From the NCBI GenBank assembly GCA_964416985.1, contig CAYQFS010000003.1, positions 18,594 to 82,593 on the forward strand: 64,000 nucleotides of DNA, read 5' to 3'. The position numbers and the translations under genes were made by a program. The stretch is from an uncultured Candidatus Saccharibacteria bacterium. GTDB taxonomy: Bacteria; Patescibacteriota; Minisyncoccia; Phycocordibacterales; PALSA-1337. The notes under the pieces were generated by a model. The model ran no database searches, was not told the origin of the DNA, and saw only the letters and a program-made list of their open reading frames with translations. Each line of letters opens with the position of its first letter. The stretch's first letter is position 1. Shown here piece after piece: positions 37,290 to 47,333 of the stretch.

Positions 37290-37958
37290 AAAACTATGAA
37301 GGTACTTTACGAGGACAATCATCTCATTGGCATCTACAAACCAGCAGGAACCCTCATCCAGGGCGATAAAACTGGGGTTTCTTCCATTATGGACGAGGTC
37401 AAAGATTATTTGAGACAAAAATACAAGAAGCCGGGGAATATTTTCCTTGGGCTCATTCATCGCCTCGACAGGAATGTGGACGGAGTCGTTCTCTTCGCAA
37501 AAACGTCAAAGGGAGCATCGAGACTTTCGGAACAATTTCGTCTTCATACAGTTCAAAAGACCTACCATGCCTGGGTCGAGGGGATTCCACGAAAGAGCAA
37601 GGATACTCTTGTTCATTATCTCTATCATGATGAAATTAAAAATGTCTCAACCATTACTGAAGAAGAAAAAAAGCATGCTGATATGGCTGAACTTTCCTAT
37701 GATGTCATTAAAAATGAGGAAGGATTTTCTCTTCTTAAAATTACCCTGAAGACAGGTCGACATCACCAGATTCGAGCACAGCTTTCACACATCGGTCACC
37801 CCATCGTTGGAGACACGAAGTATGGTTCAAAGGTCAAACTTCCTGATCAGAGAGTGATGCTTACCGCCACGTCTCTTTCATTTGATCCTGCTACGGCTGT
37901 CGATGCTGACATAGAACGAAAAACTGTGAGCATAGAAATTCCAAAGAAATCGTGGTAA
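37290..37958 (+). CDS. RluA-family pseudouridine synthase (second paralogue)
   Basis: HRLDRNVDGVVLFAKT and GRHHQIRAQL. Confidence 0.8.
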   Translation, partial: KTMKVLYEDNHLIGIYKPAGTLIQGDKTGVSSIMDEVKDYLRQKYKKPGNIFLGLIHRLDRNVDGVVLFAKTSKGASRLSEQFRLHTVQKTYHAWVEGIPRKSKDTLVHYLYHDEIKNVSTITEEEKKHADMAELSYDVIKNEEGFSLLKITLKTGRHHQIRAQLSHIGHPIVGDTKYGSKVKLPDQRVMLTATSLSFDPATAVDADIERKTVSIEIPKKSW

Positions 37959-37968
37959 TGTAATCTTC

Positions 37969-38793
37969 ATGCAACTTCTCGACGGAAAAAAAGTACGCGA
38001 AGCCCGAACTCCGCTTCTCATAGAAAAAATAGCGGCTCTTTCTTTTACCCCATGCCTCGTCATTGTCCAGGTTGGAAACAGGGAAGACTCGACGGCATTT
38101 ATTAGTGCAAAAAGGTCTTTTGCAAAGAAACTGGGGGTCAAGGAGATTCATGTCCAGCTCGAGGAAAAAGCAACACAGGATGAAGTTATAGAAACTATAC
38201 AAAAGTACAATTCTGACAAAGACGTTCATGGGATTATTGTCCAGCTTCCATTGCCTATCAACATGGATCCTGATGCAGTTATTGATGCAATAGATGTCTG
38301 TAAGGATGTCGACGGTCTTACGTCTCATAACGTGAAGCGATGGATGAATGGCCGCGCTGACGGTGTTATGCCTGCCACAACCCGCGGGATAAGGGAGCTC
38401 CTCGATTTTTACAAAATTGATCTTTTCGGAAAAAAGGTGGTGATGATTGGAAGGTCGTCGCTTGTGGGAAAACCAACCGCGTTTATGTGTCTCAATCAAA
38501 ATGCAACTGTCACAATCTGTCACAGCAAGACTCACGATCTCGAAAAAGAAACAAAGAATGCCGATGTTGTCATTGTGGCAATAGGGAAGCCAGGATTTAT
38601 CGGGACAAAGCATCTTTCGAAAGGCCAGATTGTCATCGATATCGGAATTACCCGTTTGCTTGATGGAAAACTTTCAGGAGATGTCAATTTTGAAGAGGCA
38701 AAAAATCTCGTAGAAATGATCACCCCAGTCCCAGGAGGTGTTGGCCAAATGACCGTCCTCGCTCTTTTTGAAAACCTCGTTGAAATGTGCTAA
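37969..38793 (+). CDS. folD: Bifunctional methylenetetrahydrofolate dehydrogenase / methenyl-THF cyclohydrolase
   Basis: MQLLDGKKV..., HGIIVQLPLP, GRSSLVGKP and PGGVGQMT motifs. Confidence 0.9.
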   Translation: MQLLDGKKVREARTPLLIEKIAALSFTPCLVIVQVGNREDSTAFISAKRSFAKKLGVKEIHVQLEEKATQDEVIETIQKYNSDKDVHGIIVQLPLPINMDPDAVIDAIDVCKDVDGLTSHNVKRWMNGRADGVMPATTRGIRELLDFYKIDLFGKKVVMIGRSSLVGKPTAFMCLNQNATVTICHSKTHDLEKETKNADVVIVAIGKPGFIGTKHLSKGQIVIDIGITRLLDGKLSGDVNFEEAKNLVEMITPVPGGVGQMTVLALFENLVEMC

Positions 38794-38838
38794 AATCAGC
38801 TTCTATTACAAATTATTACAAAGTAACTATACAAAATT

Positions 38839-39636
38839 ATGAATAATGACATGCTTAAGCAAAGAATGTGGAAAGTTGCCATTACTGCAGGAGGACTCCT
38901 CTCTCTTTTTCTCGTAGTCATCTCCATCAAAGTCATCCGAGAAACTGCCTATGTTGGACGTGATGTTCCCGCAATGAATACGATCAGTGTTAATGGAAAA
39001 GGGGAGGAATTCCAAGCTCCAGACATTGCGACGTTCTCATTTGGAGTAACCGAAAATGCAAAGACAGTCGATGTAGCCCAGACCGCAGCGACAACAAAGA
39101 TCAATGCAGCGATCAAGGCCTTGAAGGATAATGGAATTGATGAAAAGGATATAAAGACAACTTCATACAATATCAATCCTCATTATGAATATCAGCAGGA
39201 AATGTGTGTAGCAGGAAGCTGTCGAAGTGGTCGCCAGGTTCTCACAGGATACGATGTTAGCCAGAATGTTGAAGTAAAAGTACGAGATATTTCAAAGGCT
39301 GGATCACTCTTTACGACAGTTGGAAATCTTGGAGTTCAAAACGTAAACGGTCTAGCTTTCTCAATCGATAAAATCGAAGATGTGCGTGCAAAGGCTCGGG
39401 CAGAAGCTATCTCTGACGCTCAGGCAAAGGCAGAAGTCCTTGCAAAGCAGCTTGGGGTTCGGATTGTACGAATCAGCAGCTTCTATGACTCAGGAGACGC
39501 TCAGCCGTACTATGGCTATGCAAAGGGAGGAATGGAGATAATGAATGCTTCAGTCGCACCAATGGCAACACCTTCGATTCCAAGCGGAGAACAGAAAGTC
39601 ACCTCACAGGTTACTATCACGTACGAGATTCGCTAG
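38839..39636 (+). CDS. SIMPL-domain (DUF541, YggE-like) protein with N-terminal TM anchor
   Basis: Two SIMPL half-domains with conserved Cys (CVAGSC). Confidence 0.65.
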   Translation: MNNDMLKQRMWKVAITAGGLLSLFLVVISIKVIRETAYVGRDVPAMNTISVNGKGEEFQAPDIATFSFGVTENAKTVDVAQTAATTKINAAIKALKDNGIDEKDIKTTSYNINPHYEYQQEMCVAGSCRSGRQVLTGYDVSQNVEVKVRDISKAGSLFTTVGNLGVQNVNGLAFSIDKIEDVRAKARAEAISDAQAKAEVLAKQLGVRIVRISSFYDSGDAQPYYGYAKGGMEIMNASVAPMATPSIPSGEQKVTSQVTITYEIR

Positions 39637-39648
39637 ATCATTGACTAA

Positions 39649-39700
39649 AACCCCACAAAAGAGTACTATATCCCTGTCACCCCAGGGAGGGGTTTTTTAT
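39649..39700 (+). terminator. Rho-independent terminator after the SIMPL gene
   Basis: ccctgtcaccccaggg hairpin nested in cccc...gggg, followed by tttttt. Confidence 0.5.
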
Positions 39701-39730
39701 TAGAAAAAGCTCGATTAAAGAGAAAATATC

Positions 39731-39907
39731 ATGAAACTAGCAGAATATGTAAATGAAACAAAGGCCGAAATGTCGCATGTTAGCTGGCCGACTCGACGAC
39801 AGGCGATTAGCTACTCGGTAGCGGTTGTTCTCGTGTCAGTTATCACAGCTCTCTTTCTCGCATTTTCTGACTATATCTTCTCACGACTTCTCACCCTCCT
39901 CGTCTAA
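39731..39907 (+). CDS. secE: Preprotein translocase subunit SecE (58 aa; below the ORF-track length cut-off)
   Basis: Manual translation: MKLAEYVNETKAEMSHVSWPTRRQAISYSVAVVLVSVITALFLAFSDYIFSRLLTLLV. Single TM. Position immediately upstream of nusG-rplK. Confidence 0.7.
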   Translation: MKLAEYVNETKAEMSHVSWPTRRQAISYSVAVVLVSVITALFLAFSDYIFSRLLTLLV

Positions 39908-39932
39908 TTTATAAAACTTTTTACACATCATT

Positions 39933-40478
39933 ATGAGCAAACAGCAAGTTGGAGGACAAAGGAATTGGTACGCCATTCACACCTATGCAGGGTATGAAAA
40001 TGCAGTGGCGCGAAACCTCAAGCAACGTATTGAGTCTCTCGGAATGGAGGATCGCATATTTAATGTTCTCGTTCCGACCGAAAAGAAAATCAAAATTAAG
40101 GGAGGAAAACGGGTTGAAGAAGAAGAAAAAATTTACCCTGGATATGTCCTTGTTGATATGATTGTTACTGATGACTCATGGTATGTTGTCCGAAATACCC
40201 CCCGAGTTACCGGTTTTGTCGGTTCTGGAGTTTATCCTGTTCCTCTTGAGAAGAAAGAGGTTGATATGCTTTTTGCCCGAATGAACAAGGACGAAGTCAA
40301 ACACACCATCGATCTTGTTGTTGATGACGTTGTGAAGATTGTTGACGGTCCTTTCAAGGATCTTGAAGGCAAGGTTAATGAAGTCGATGACAGCCGAGGA
40401 AAGGTCAAAGTTCTTGTCTCGATGTTCGGCCGGGAAACACCGGTAGAACTCGATTTCTTGCAAGTTAAGAAGATATAA
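39933..40478 (+). CDS. nusG: Transcription termination/antitermination factor NusG
   Basis: NGN domain ([14 protein letters not shown]) and C-terminal KOW ([19 protein letters not shown]). Confidence 0.9.
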   Translation: MSKQQVGGQRNWYAIHTYAGYENAVARNLKQRIESLGMEDRIFNVLVPTEKKIKIKGGKRVEEEEKIYPGYVLVDMIVTDDSWYVVRNTPRVTGFVGSGVYPVPLEKKEVDMLFARMNKDEVKHTIDLVVDDVVKIVDGPFKDLEGKVNEVDDSRGKVKVLVSMFGRETPVELDFLQVKKI

Positions 40479-40503
40479 GGTAATCTACATCCACCAACAT
40501 TTT

Positions 40504-40929
40504 ATGGCTAAAAAGATAATCAAAAAGGTAAAAGTAAGCGCTCCAGCAGGGAAAGCAACCCCAGCTCCTCCTTTGGGCCCTACTCTCGGACAGGCGGGCG
40601 TCAACATTGGTGATTTCACAAAGAAATTCAACGATGCTACAAAGGGCATGATGGGAGACATTGTTCCTGTTGTCATTTCTGTTTATGAAGACAGAACATA
40701 TAGCTTTGTTTTGAAAACTCCTCCAGCAAGTTCACTCATTCTTAAGGCCGCAGGAGTTGAAAAAGGTTCAGGAAAGCAGGCTTTGAAAAAAGCGGGAACC
40801 ATTACTCGAGCTCAGGTAAAGGCAATTGCAGAAAAGAAAATGCCTGATCTCAACGCAAGCGACATCAACTCAGCAATGAGAATAATTGAAGGATCATGCA
40901 GATCTCTTGGGATTGAGGTGAAAGGTTAA
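40504..40929 (+). CDS. rplK: 50S ribosomal protein L11
   Basis: [30 protein letters not shown] is the invariant uL11 N-terminal domain. Confidence 0.95.
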   Translation: MAKKIIKKVKVSAPAGKATPAPPLGPTLGQAGVNIGDFTKKFNDATKGMMGDIVPVVISVYEDRTYSFVLKTPPASSLILKAAGVEKGSGKQALKKAGTITRAQVKAIAEKKMPDLNASDINSAMRIIEGSCRSLGIEVKG

Positions 40930-40931
40930 TT

Positions 40932-41456
40932 TTACCTCTCCATATCTACCCAACTGTATTTGAGACCTGTTTTTTCGTCAAAGTGTTCCTCGTTGAAAGT
41001 TATTTTTTTAAATTCACTATAATCTGGGAAAAAGACATCTCCCTCTGCATCTGTCTCGACTAAGGTCAGGTATAATCTGTCAGTTAGAGGAAGCCCTTGT
41101 TTATAAATTTCACCTCCACCAATGAGAAAGATTTCTTTAGTTTCATTTTGACTTGCCATCTCATGGGTCGAAGCTTTTTCAACAGCTTCTTCAAGTGTTG
41201 AGCAGATAATTGCGTCAGGAGCTTTGAAATCTGCATTTCGGGTGATGACGTAGTTTTGGCGATTGGGAAGAGCTTTTCCGATTGATTCATACGTTTTTCT
41301 GCCGAGGATTACGGCGTGGCCGGAGGTGATTCGCTTGAAACGCTTGAGATCATCGGAAATATAGACCAGGAGTTTACCCCCGTTGCCTATAGCGGCATTT
41401 TTTTTGCTCAATGCGACAACGATGCTTATGAGGGGTTTTTGTTGTGATGACATCAT
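40932..41456 (-). CDS. folA: Dihydrofolate reductase
   Basis: ISIVVALSKNAAIG, LGRKTYESIG and a GGGEIY-type motif are typical of DHFR. Confidence 0.85.
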   Translation of the reverse strand: MMSSQQKPLISIVVALSKKNAAIGNGGKLLVYISDDLKRFKRITSGHAVILGRKTYESIGKALPNRQNYVITRNADFKAPDAIICSTLEEAVEKASTHEMASQNETKEIFLIGGGEIYKQGLPLTDRLYLTLVETDAEGDVFFPDYSEFKKITFNEEHFDEKTGLKYSWVDMER

Positions 41457-41542
41457 AGGAAAGTAGATTTTGAGGCTTGTCATCTATGACAATTCCTTTG
41501 TTAGGATTATACTTTATCTATTGATTAAATAAAACTCACTTC

Positions 41543-42223
41543 ATGCAGACAAATTACGAAATCGAAATAAAGACACTTCTCGGATCCAAAGAAAATGCAG
41601 AGAAACTAAAAAAAGACCTCAAGAAAAATTTTCCTGATATGAAGCTTGTAGGGCAGGGCCGTCAGCTTAATCATTATTTTAATCTTCCACCAGACATAGC
41701 CCTCTTACAAAAGAATGTTGCAAAGTTTGTTCCCACAGAAAAAGAATTGGAATTAGAGAATATCTTGAGTCATGGAAAGAAAATGTCTCTTCGAACTCGC
41801 GACGCGGATGGAAAAGTCTTTCTCGTTATAAAAGCATCATTGGGGGATGATACTAGTTCAAATGGAGTCAAACGAGTTGAGTTCGAGTGTTCAGTCAGCA
41901 AAACACTTGCACAGCTTGATCAAATTCTCCTTGATTCTGGAGCAACATATCAGGCAAAATGGTCTCGTGAGAGGGAAGAATATGATGCAGGAGGTATGCA
42001 TGTTTGTATCGATAGGAATGCTGGATATGGCTATCTTGCAGAATTTGAAAGAGTAACTCAGGATGAAGCATCTTTCGATTCAATTAAAACAGAGCTTTTG
42101 TCGGTCATGAAAAGGCTTGGGGTAGCTGAACTTGCCCAAGATCGTCTCGAGAGGATGTTTGCACACTATAATGCTCATTGGTCGGAGTATTATGGAACAG
42201 AGAAGACTTTTACTATAGAATAA
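41543..42223 (+). CDS. CYTH-domain protein (triphosphate tunnel metalloenzyme)
   Basis: N-terminal EIEIK (ExExK) signature and later acidic strands (EFE, ERE). Confidence 0.6.
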   Translation: MQTNYEIEIKTLLGSKENAEKLKKDLKKNFPDMKLVGQGRQLNHYFNLPPDIALLQKNVAKFVPTEKELELENILSHGKKMSLRTRDADGKVFLVIKASLGDDTSSNGVKRVEFECSVSKTLAQLDQILLDSGATYQAKWSREREEYDAGGMHVCIDRNAGYGYLAEFERVTQDEASFDSIKTELLSVMKRLGVAELAQDRLERMFAHYNAHWSEYYGTEKTFTIE

Positions 42224-42231
42224 AGAAACCT

Positions 42232-42819
42232 ATGTATCTTTCAGATGTTGATATAAAGAAAGCAATAAAAAAAGGAGAAATAATCATTCGGGATTATGAT
42301 GAGGCGCGTCTTCAGCCGGCAAGTTACGATATTCTTTTGGGAAATAAATTCATTGTTCACAATACTCAGTCTGTTGCGGCAATCGACCCGGTCATGAAAA
42401 TTTATCCTGAATCGAGTGAAATTATTGTTCCAGACAATGGAACATTTATCCTTCATCCTGGAGTGAGTGTCCTCGGGACTTCGGTTGATCACTTTGGATC
42501 CGACAAATTTCTCATACAACTTTCAGGGAAAAGCAGTCTAGCTCGTATCGGTCTCATCATTCATAATACAGCCGGGATCATCAATCCAGGACATTTTCTT
42601 AATATTACCTTCGAACTCTGCAACCTGAACCACATGCCGATTATTCTTCGTCCAAATATGAGGATTGGCCAGATTCTCTTTTCAGAACTTTCAAGCCCTC
42701 CGGCGAAGGATTACAAAACAACAGGAAGGTATCATGGAAGGGACTGGCAGCATTTTGTCGATCCAAAAGAAGAGGAAATGAAGGCCAAGAAAAAAACCTT
42801 GAGCAAGAAATCAAAATAA
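42232..42819 (+). CDS. dcd: dCTP deaminase
   Basis: [19 protein letters not shown]..., [22 protein letters not shown] and ELC..N motifs of the Dcd/dUTPase superfamily. Confidence 0.85.
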   Translation: MYLSDVDIKKAIKKGEIIIRDYDEARLQPASYDILLGNKFIVHNTQSVAAIDPVMKIYPESSEIIVPDNGTFILHPGVSVLGTSVDHFGSDKFLIQLSGKSSLARIGLIIHNTAGIINPGHFLNITFELCNLNHMPIILRPNMRIGQILFSELSSPPAKDYKTTGRYHGRDWQHFVDPKEEEMKAKKKTLSKKSK

Positions 42820-42835
42820 ATCTCTCAAAAATCCG

Positions 42836-43882
42836 ATGAAGAAAAAAGCCATTCCAAAGAAGAAGAAATCAGCCAAGAAAAATGCCCGGCATCCTGAGTA
42901 TCAGTATCTCGACATACTTAAGGATATTTTGGAAAATGGTTTTGAGAAAAAAGAATTTAATAGCGGGATTGCCATCAAGAGCGTTTTTGGACGGATGATG
43001 CGTTTCGACCTTTCAAAAGATTTTCCTCTTCTCACAACAAAAAAAGTCTTTATGCGAGGAATCATCCATGAGCTCGTGTGGTTTCTTCGAGGTGAGACAA
43101 ATATAAAATATCTTGTTGACAATGATGTGCATATCTGGGATGAGTGGCCTTACAAAGAGTACAAAAAGAAAATGGAGGCTGGAGAAGTTCCTACTATGAC
43201 CCAGGTCGAGTTTATTTCAAAAATAAAAGACGATTCATCTTTTGCAAAAAAATGGGGAGAACTTGGTCCTGTCTATGGACGGCAGTGGAGAAAGTGGCCT
43301 GCCTCAGACGGAAGGGAAATTGACCAGCTTGCATGGGCAATTGAGAAGACAAAAAAGTATCCAGATAGAAAGCACGTTGTTATTTCTGCGTGGAATCCTG
43401 AATATGTCTATGAAATGGCTCGTCCGGGAACGTCGATGGCAATACCTCCATGTCACACACTTTTTAACATCAATGTGACGAACGGAAAACTTTCTCTTTC
43501 CCTCTATCAGAGGAGTGCGGATACATTTCTCGGGGTTCCATTTAACATTGCTTCGTATTCTCTCATGGCTCTCGTTCTCGCACAGATCTGTGGATATAAG
43601 CCAGGAGAGTTTGTTCATATGCTCGGAGATACACACCTCTATGGAAATCATTATGAACAAGCACGAGAGCAGATGAAGAGGAAACCGCGGCCGTTTCCTC
43701 GTGTGAAGATAAATCCAAATCTTAAGGATATTAATGACGTGAGATTTGAAGACTTCGAGCTCATTGAGTATGATCCACACCCTCCGATAAAAGGGGAGAT
43801 CACTGTCGTTGGAGGTTTTCATGAAAAGGACAGGAAAGATTTTAGTTTCAAGGATAAAAAGGGCGTCAAGAGGAACAAATAA
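42836..43882 (+). CDS. thyA: Thymidylate synthase (ThyA, folate-dependent), with basic N-terminal extension
   Basis: Catalytic [30 protein letters not shown] and DTHLYGNH. Confidence 0.9.
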   Translation: MKKKAIPKKKKSAKKNARHPEYQYLDILKDILENGFEKKEFNSGIAIKSVFGRMMRFDLSKDFPLLTTKKVFMRGIIHELVWFLRGETNIKYLVDNDVHIWDEWPYKEYKKKMEAGEVPTMTQVEFISKIKDDSSFAKKWGELGPVYGRQWRKWPASDGREIDQLAWAIEKTKKYPDRKHVVISAWNPEYVYEMARPGTSMAIPPCHTLFNINVTNGKLSLSLYQRSADTFLGVPFNIASYSLMALVLAQICGYKPGEFVHMLGDTHLYGNHYEQAREQMKRKPRPFPRVKINPNLKDINDVRFEDFELIEYDPHPPIKGEITVVGGFHEKDRKDFSFKDKKGVKRNK

Positions 43883-43951
43883 TATTATTATGATTTAACA
43901 CACTCATTTTTAAATAGATCTTATTTATTCTTAAAAATATATTAATTCCCC

Positions 43952-45124
43952 ATGAAAGACATTCAAATCAAAAAACTTATCGAAGCTGAAAAGAAGCGCC
44001 AAAAGAGTGTCGTGAATCTCATTGCGTCCGAAAACTACGTCTCAAAGGATGTTCTCGAGGCCCTTGGCTCTGAACTTACAAATAAATACGCAGAAGGTTA
44101 TGCTGGCAAGCGTTATTATGGTGGGAATCATATTGTTGATAAAATTGAGACACTTGCGATCGAGCGAGCCCTCAAGCTTTTTGGACTTTCTACAGAAACA
44201 TGGCATGTGAACGTCCAGCCTCTGTCGGGCTCTCCTGCAAATCTCGCAGTGTATGCTGCTCTTGTTCCATCAGGAGCAAAGATCATGGGAATGTCTCTCG
44301 ACCAAGGAGGACACCTCACCCATGGCCACAAAGTTTCTGTTACAGGAAAATTCTGGATGCAGATTCCGTACGGAGTAAACAAACAAACCGAAACACTTGA
44401 CTACAATGAACTAAAAGAAATTGCTCTTCGTGAAAAGCCAGCGATCATCGTCGGGGGATACACGGCGTATCCTCGAGTCGTCGATTTCAAGAAACTTCGT
44501 GAAGTTGCAGATGAGTCAGGAGCTCTTCTCATGATCGACATGTCGCATTTCGCTGGTCTTGTGGCAGGAAAGCAGTACCCATCTCCGTTTGAATATGCAG
44601 ATATTGTCACAACGACAGTTCACAAGACTCTCCGTGGCCCACGAAGCGCAATTATTTTCTCAAAGAAGGACGAAAGAGAACTTGGGAAGAAAATTGATCG
44701 CGCGGTGTTTCCTGGACTTCAGGGAGGTCCTCACTTGAATCAGATTGCAGCAGTTGCCGTTGCGCTCAAGGAGGCCTCGACTCCTGCTTTCAAAAAATAT
44801 GCACTTCAGGTAAAGAAAAATGCAAAGGTTCTCGCAGATGAACTTGCAAAAAAAGGATGGAAAATAATTTCTGGAGGAACAGACAGTCATCTTGTACTCA
44901 TTGATACATGGATGGGCGGAAAGGGAATTTCAGGCAAGGAGGCTGGAGACAGACTTGAAAAAGAGGGAATTATTGTAAATAAAAATGCGGTGCCATTTGA
45001 TACTCGGCCACCAATGGATCCTTCAGGTATTCGTCTCGGAACTGCTGCCGAGACTACTCGAGGAAAGAAAGAAAAGGACATAAAAAAAATCGCCGAGCGA
45101 ATTGATGCGATCTTGAGGGGATAA
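43952..45124 (+). CDS. glyA: Serine hydroxymethyltransferase
   Basis: NLIASENYVS..., YAEGYAGKRYYGG, and PLP-lysine TTTVHKTLRGPR. Confidence 0.9.
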   Translation: MKDIQIKKLIEAEKKRQKSVVNLIASENYVSKDVLEALGSELTNKYAEGYAGKRYYGGNHIVDKIETLAIERALKLFGLSTETWHVNVQPLSGSPANLAVYAALVPSGAKIMGMSLDQGGHLTHGHKVSVTGKFWMQIPYGVNKQTETLDYNELKEIALREKPAIIVGGYTAYPRVVDFKKLREVADESGALLMIDMSHFAGLVAGKQYPSPFEYADIVTTTVHKTLRGPRSAIIFSKKDERELGKKIDRAVFPGLQGGPHLNQIAAVAVALKEASTPAFKKYALQVKKNAKVLADELAKKGWKIISGGTDSHLVLIDTWMGGKGISGKEAGDRLEKEGIIVNKNAVPFDTRPPMDPSGIRLGTAAETTRGKKEKDIKKIAERIDAILRG

Positions 45125-45131
45125 AAACAAA

Positions 45132-45174
45132 CCCCTCTCTCCTTCCGGTTTTATCCAGCAAAAGAGAGAGGGGG
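45132..45174. other. 10-bp perfect-stem hairpin (cccctctctc ... gagagagggg) starting a 215-nt structured intergenic region
   Basis: Seen directly. No T-run follows, so it is not a simple terminator. Confidence 0.4.
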
Positions 45175-45340
45175 CCTCAGTGGCAGGCGCGGCGAAACGG
45201 GTTCCTCAAGTTGGTGTCATGCACAAGACACGTTTGTTTCTTCCGGCCAAAATAATGATCGTATTTACTGCAAGTAGCATAACAGAATCCTCAAAAAAGT
45301 CAACTTTTGGCACTTTGGAGGTGTTTAATGCTAGAATGTC

Positions 45341-47053
45341 GTGGTGAAACATACTATTAAAGAAAAGCTCATTCTGAGCCTTCGGACGGCCGCAGAAAAG
45401 GCAGGAATTACCGATCCAAAGGTGCACCTCGAACACCCTGAGGATATTTTTCATGGGGATTACGCTACAAACCTCGCCCTGGCGTACTCAAAAGCACTAA
45501 AGACTAGCCCAAAAATCCTTGCCGAAAAGATTCTTGAAGAATTTAAAAAAGATTTGCCGAACGAAGTAGAATCAACAAGTATTGCTGGTCCTGGGTTTAT
45601 AAATATAAAACTAAAAGACAGCGTTTTCATCGAGAACGTCCTCACTATTGGTAGCGACTATGGAAAGGGAAATCAGGATATGGGAAGAAAGGTAATGGTT
45701 GAGTACACTGATCCCAATCCATTCAAAATTTTTCATATCGGTCACCTCATGGCAAACGCTATTGGGGAATCTCTTTCAAGGATAATTGAATTTTCAGGAG
45801 CGAAGGTTATTCGAGCCAATTATTTTGGTGACGTAGGACTTCATGTGGCAAAAACCATGTGGGGTATTTTGAATACTAAAGCTGATTTTCCTGATGAGTC
45901 AGAACCGCTTGTTTCGAGGATAGAATTTCTAGGAAAAATGTACGTTACCGGATCAAATGCTGAAGGCGAAAAGGAAATAAAGGAAATTGCAGCAATTAAC
46001 AAGAAGATTTTTGAGAAATCAGACGCAGAAATAAATGAGTTCTATGATCTTGGAAGAAAATGGAGCCTCGAATATTTCGAAACCATTTACAAAAAGTTGG
46101 GAACGAAATTTGATGAGTATTTTCCTGAAAGTTCTGTCGCTGGCGATGGGGTAAAAATTGTTCAGGAATTTCTTAAAAAAGGCATATTCGAGACAAGCGA
46201 AGGTGCCACCATTTTCCCGGGAGAAAAATATGGAGTTCATACCCGCGTTTTCATTAACTCTCAAGGACTTCCAACATACGAAGCAAAGGAACTCGGCCTC
46301 ACGAAGAAAAAGTTTGAGCTCTATCCTGACCTCTCAGAATCGGTCGTCGTGACTGCAAACGAGCAGAGTGATTATTTTAAAGTTCTTATACGGGCTATTG
46401 GTGCAATTTATCCTGAAATTGCCTCAAAAATGAAGCACCTGAGTCATGGGATTCTGCGGCCTTCAACTGGAAAAATGTCTTCTCGAAAGGGAAATGTTGT
46501 TTCAGCTGAGGAATTATTGAATGAATTCCAAACTCTTGTTCTCGAGAAAATGAAGGATCGTGAATGGAAAGGAAATGAAAAAGAAATGGTCGCAGAGATG
46601 GTCGCCATTGCTGCTCTCAAGTACGTTGTACTCCGCCAAGCAATCGGAGGCGATATTATATATGACAAGGAAAAAATAGTTTCATTTGAAGGGGACTCGG
46701 GTCCATATCTCCAGTATGCGGCCGTTCGCGCTGAGGCAGTTGTAAGAAAAGCTCATGATGTCGGAATTTCTGAAAAAGTTTCTTCAAAGCCGACAGAAGC
46801 TACACTACTCGAAAGAATGCTCGCTCGTTTTCCTGAAACCATTGAGCGCTCTCGCATCGAATACGCCCCTCATCACATCGTGACCTATCTCATTGAGCTT
46901 TCTTCTGCTTTCAATTCCTACTATGCCGTCAATAAAATAATTGATGAAAAAGATTCTCTTTCCTCATATCGAGTGGCTCTGACAAAAGCTTTTGTCTCGG
47001 TGATGAAAAATGGTCTTTGGGTTTTGGGTATCAAAGTGCCGGAGAGGATGTAA
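45341..47053 (+). CDS. argS: Arginyl-tRNA synthetase
   Basis: Class I HIGH motif (FHIGHLMANAIGE), ArgRS N-terminal add-1 domain, and KMSK-variant region (GKMSSRKGN). Confidence 0.9.
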   Translation: MVKHTIKEKLILSLRTAAEKAGITDPKVHLEHPEDIFHGDYATNLALAYSKALKTSPKILAEKILEEFKKDLPNEVESTSIAGPGFINIKLKDSVFIENVLTIGSDYGKGNQDMGRKVMVEYTDPNPFKIFHIGHLMANAIGESLSRIIEFSGAKVIRANYFGDVGLHVAKTMWGILNTKADFPDESEPLVSRIEFLGKMYVTGSNAEGEKEIKEIAAINKKIFEKSDAEINEFYDLGRKWSLEYFETIYKKLGTKFDEYFPESSVAGDGVKIVQEFLKKGIFETSEGATIFPGEKYGVHTRVFINSQGLPTYEAKELGLTKKKFELYPDLSESVVVTANEQSDYFKVLIRAIGAIYPEIASKMKHLSHGILRPSTGKMSSRKGNVVSAEELLNEFQTLVLEKMKDREWKGNEKEMVAEMVAIAALKYVVLRQAIGGDIIYDKEKIVSFEGDSGPYLQYAAVRAEAVVRKAHDVGISEKVSSKPTEATLLERMLARFPETIERSRIEYAPHHIVTYLIELSSAFNSYYAVNKIIDEKDSLSSYRVALTKAFVSVMKNGLWVLGIKVPERM

Positions 47054-47105
47054 AATATGTCTATTTTCATCTTTAGTATGTGATATCCGGTGTGTATCAG
47101 ATTGT

Positions 47106-47135
47106 ATTAGATAGTATTAGATAGTATTAGATAGG
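47106..47135. repeat. Tandem repeat (tattagatag)x3
   Basis: Seen directly: gtattagatagtattagatagtattagatagg. Confidence 0.6.
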
Positions 47136-47173
47136 GCAATAATCCAGTGTTCGCTGCATTTTATGGCATGCTA

Positions 47174-47203
47174 TTGACAAATTGGGTAGAGTTGGTGTAT
47201 AAT
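47174..47203 (+). promoter_or_regulatory. Near-consensus sigma70 promoter (TTGACA-18-TATAAT) upstream of the DGR target gene, followed by a long 5'-UTR hairpin (about 47232-47290)
   Basis: ttgacaaattgggtagagttggtgtataat. Downstream, an imperfect inverted repeat cttcgctgcaacag...ctccgttgtggcgaag encloses a perfect hairpin gccttaa-at-ttaaggc. Confidence 0.55.
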
Positions 47204-47333
47204 AGTAATGTAGTTCTTTGATTTGCCAGTATCTTCGCTGCAACAGAAAGCGCCTTAAATTAAGGCTTTCTCCGTTGTGGCGAAGAGCCCAACAAACTAA
47301 ACTTGTGTCCGAAAGGATACTAACCAAGAAAGG

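Noticed and set aside
37891-38613. 240-aa minus-strand ORF across folD
   Set aside because: It is antisense to folD, whose motifs are unambiguous, and has a Cys/His-rich low-complexity translation.
47106-47135. Possible CRISPR-like repeat (tattagatag x3)
   Set aside because: Unit is only 10 nt with no spacers, and there are no cas genes nearby. A simple tandem repeat, not a CRISPR array.
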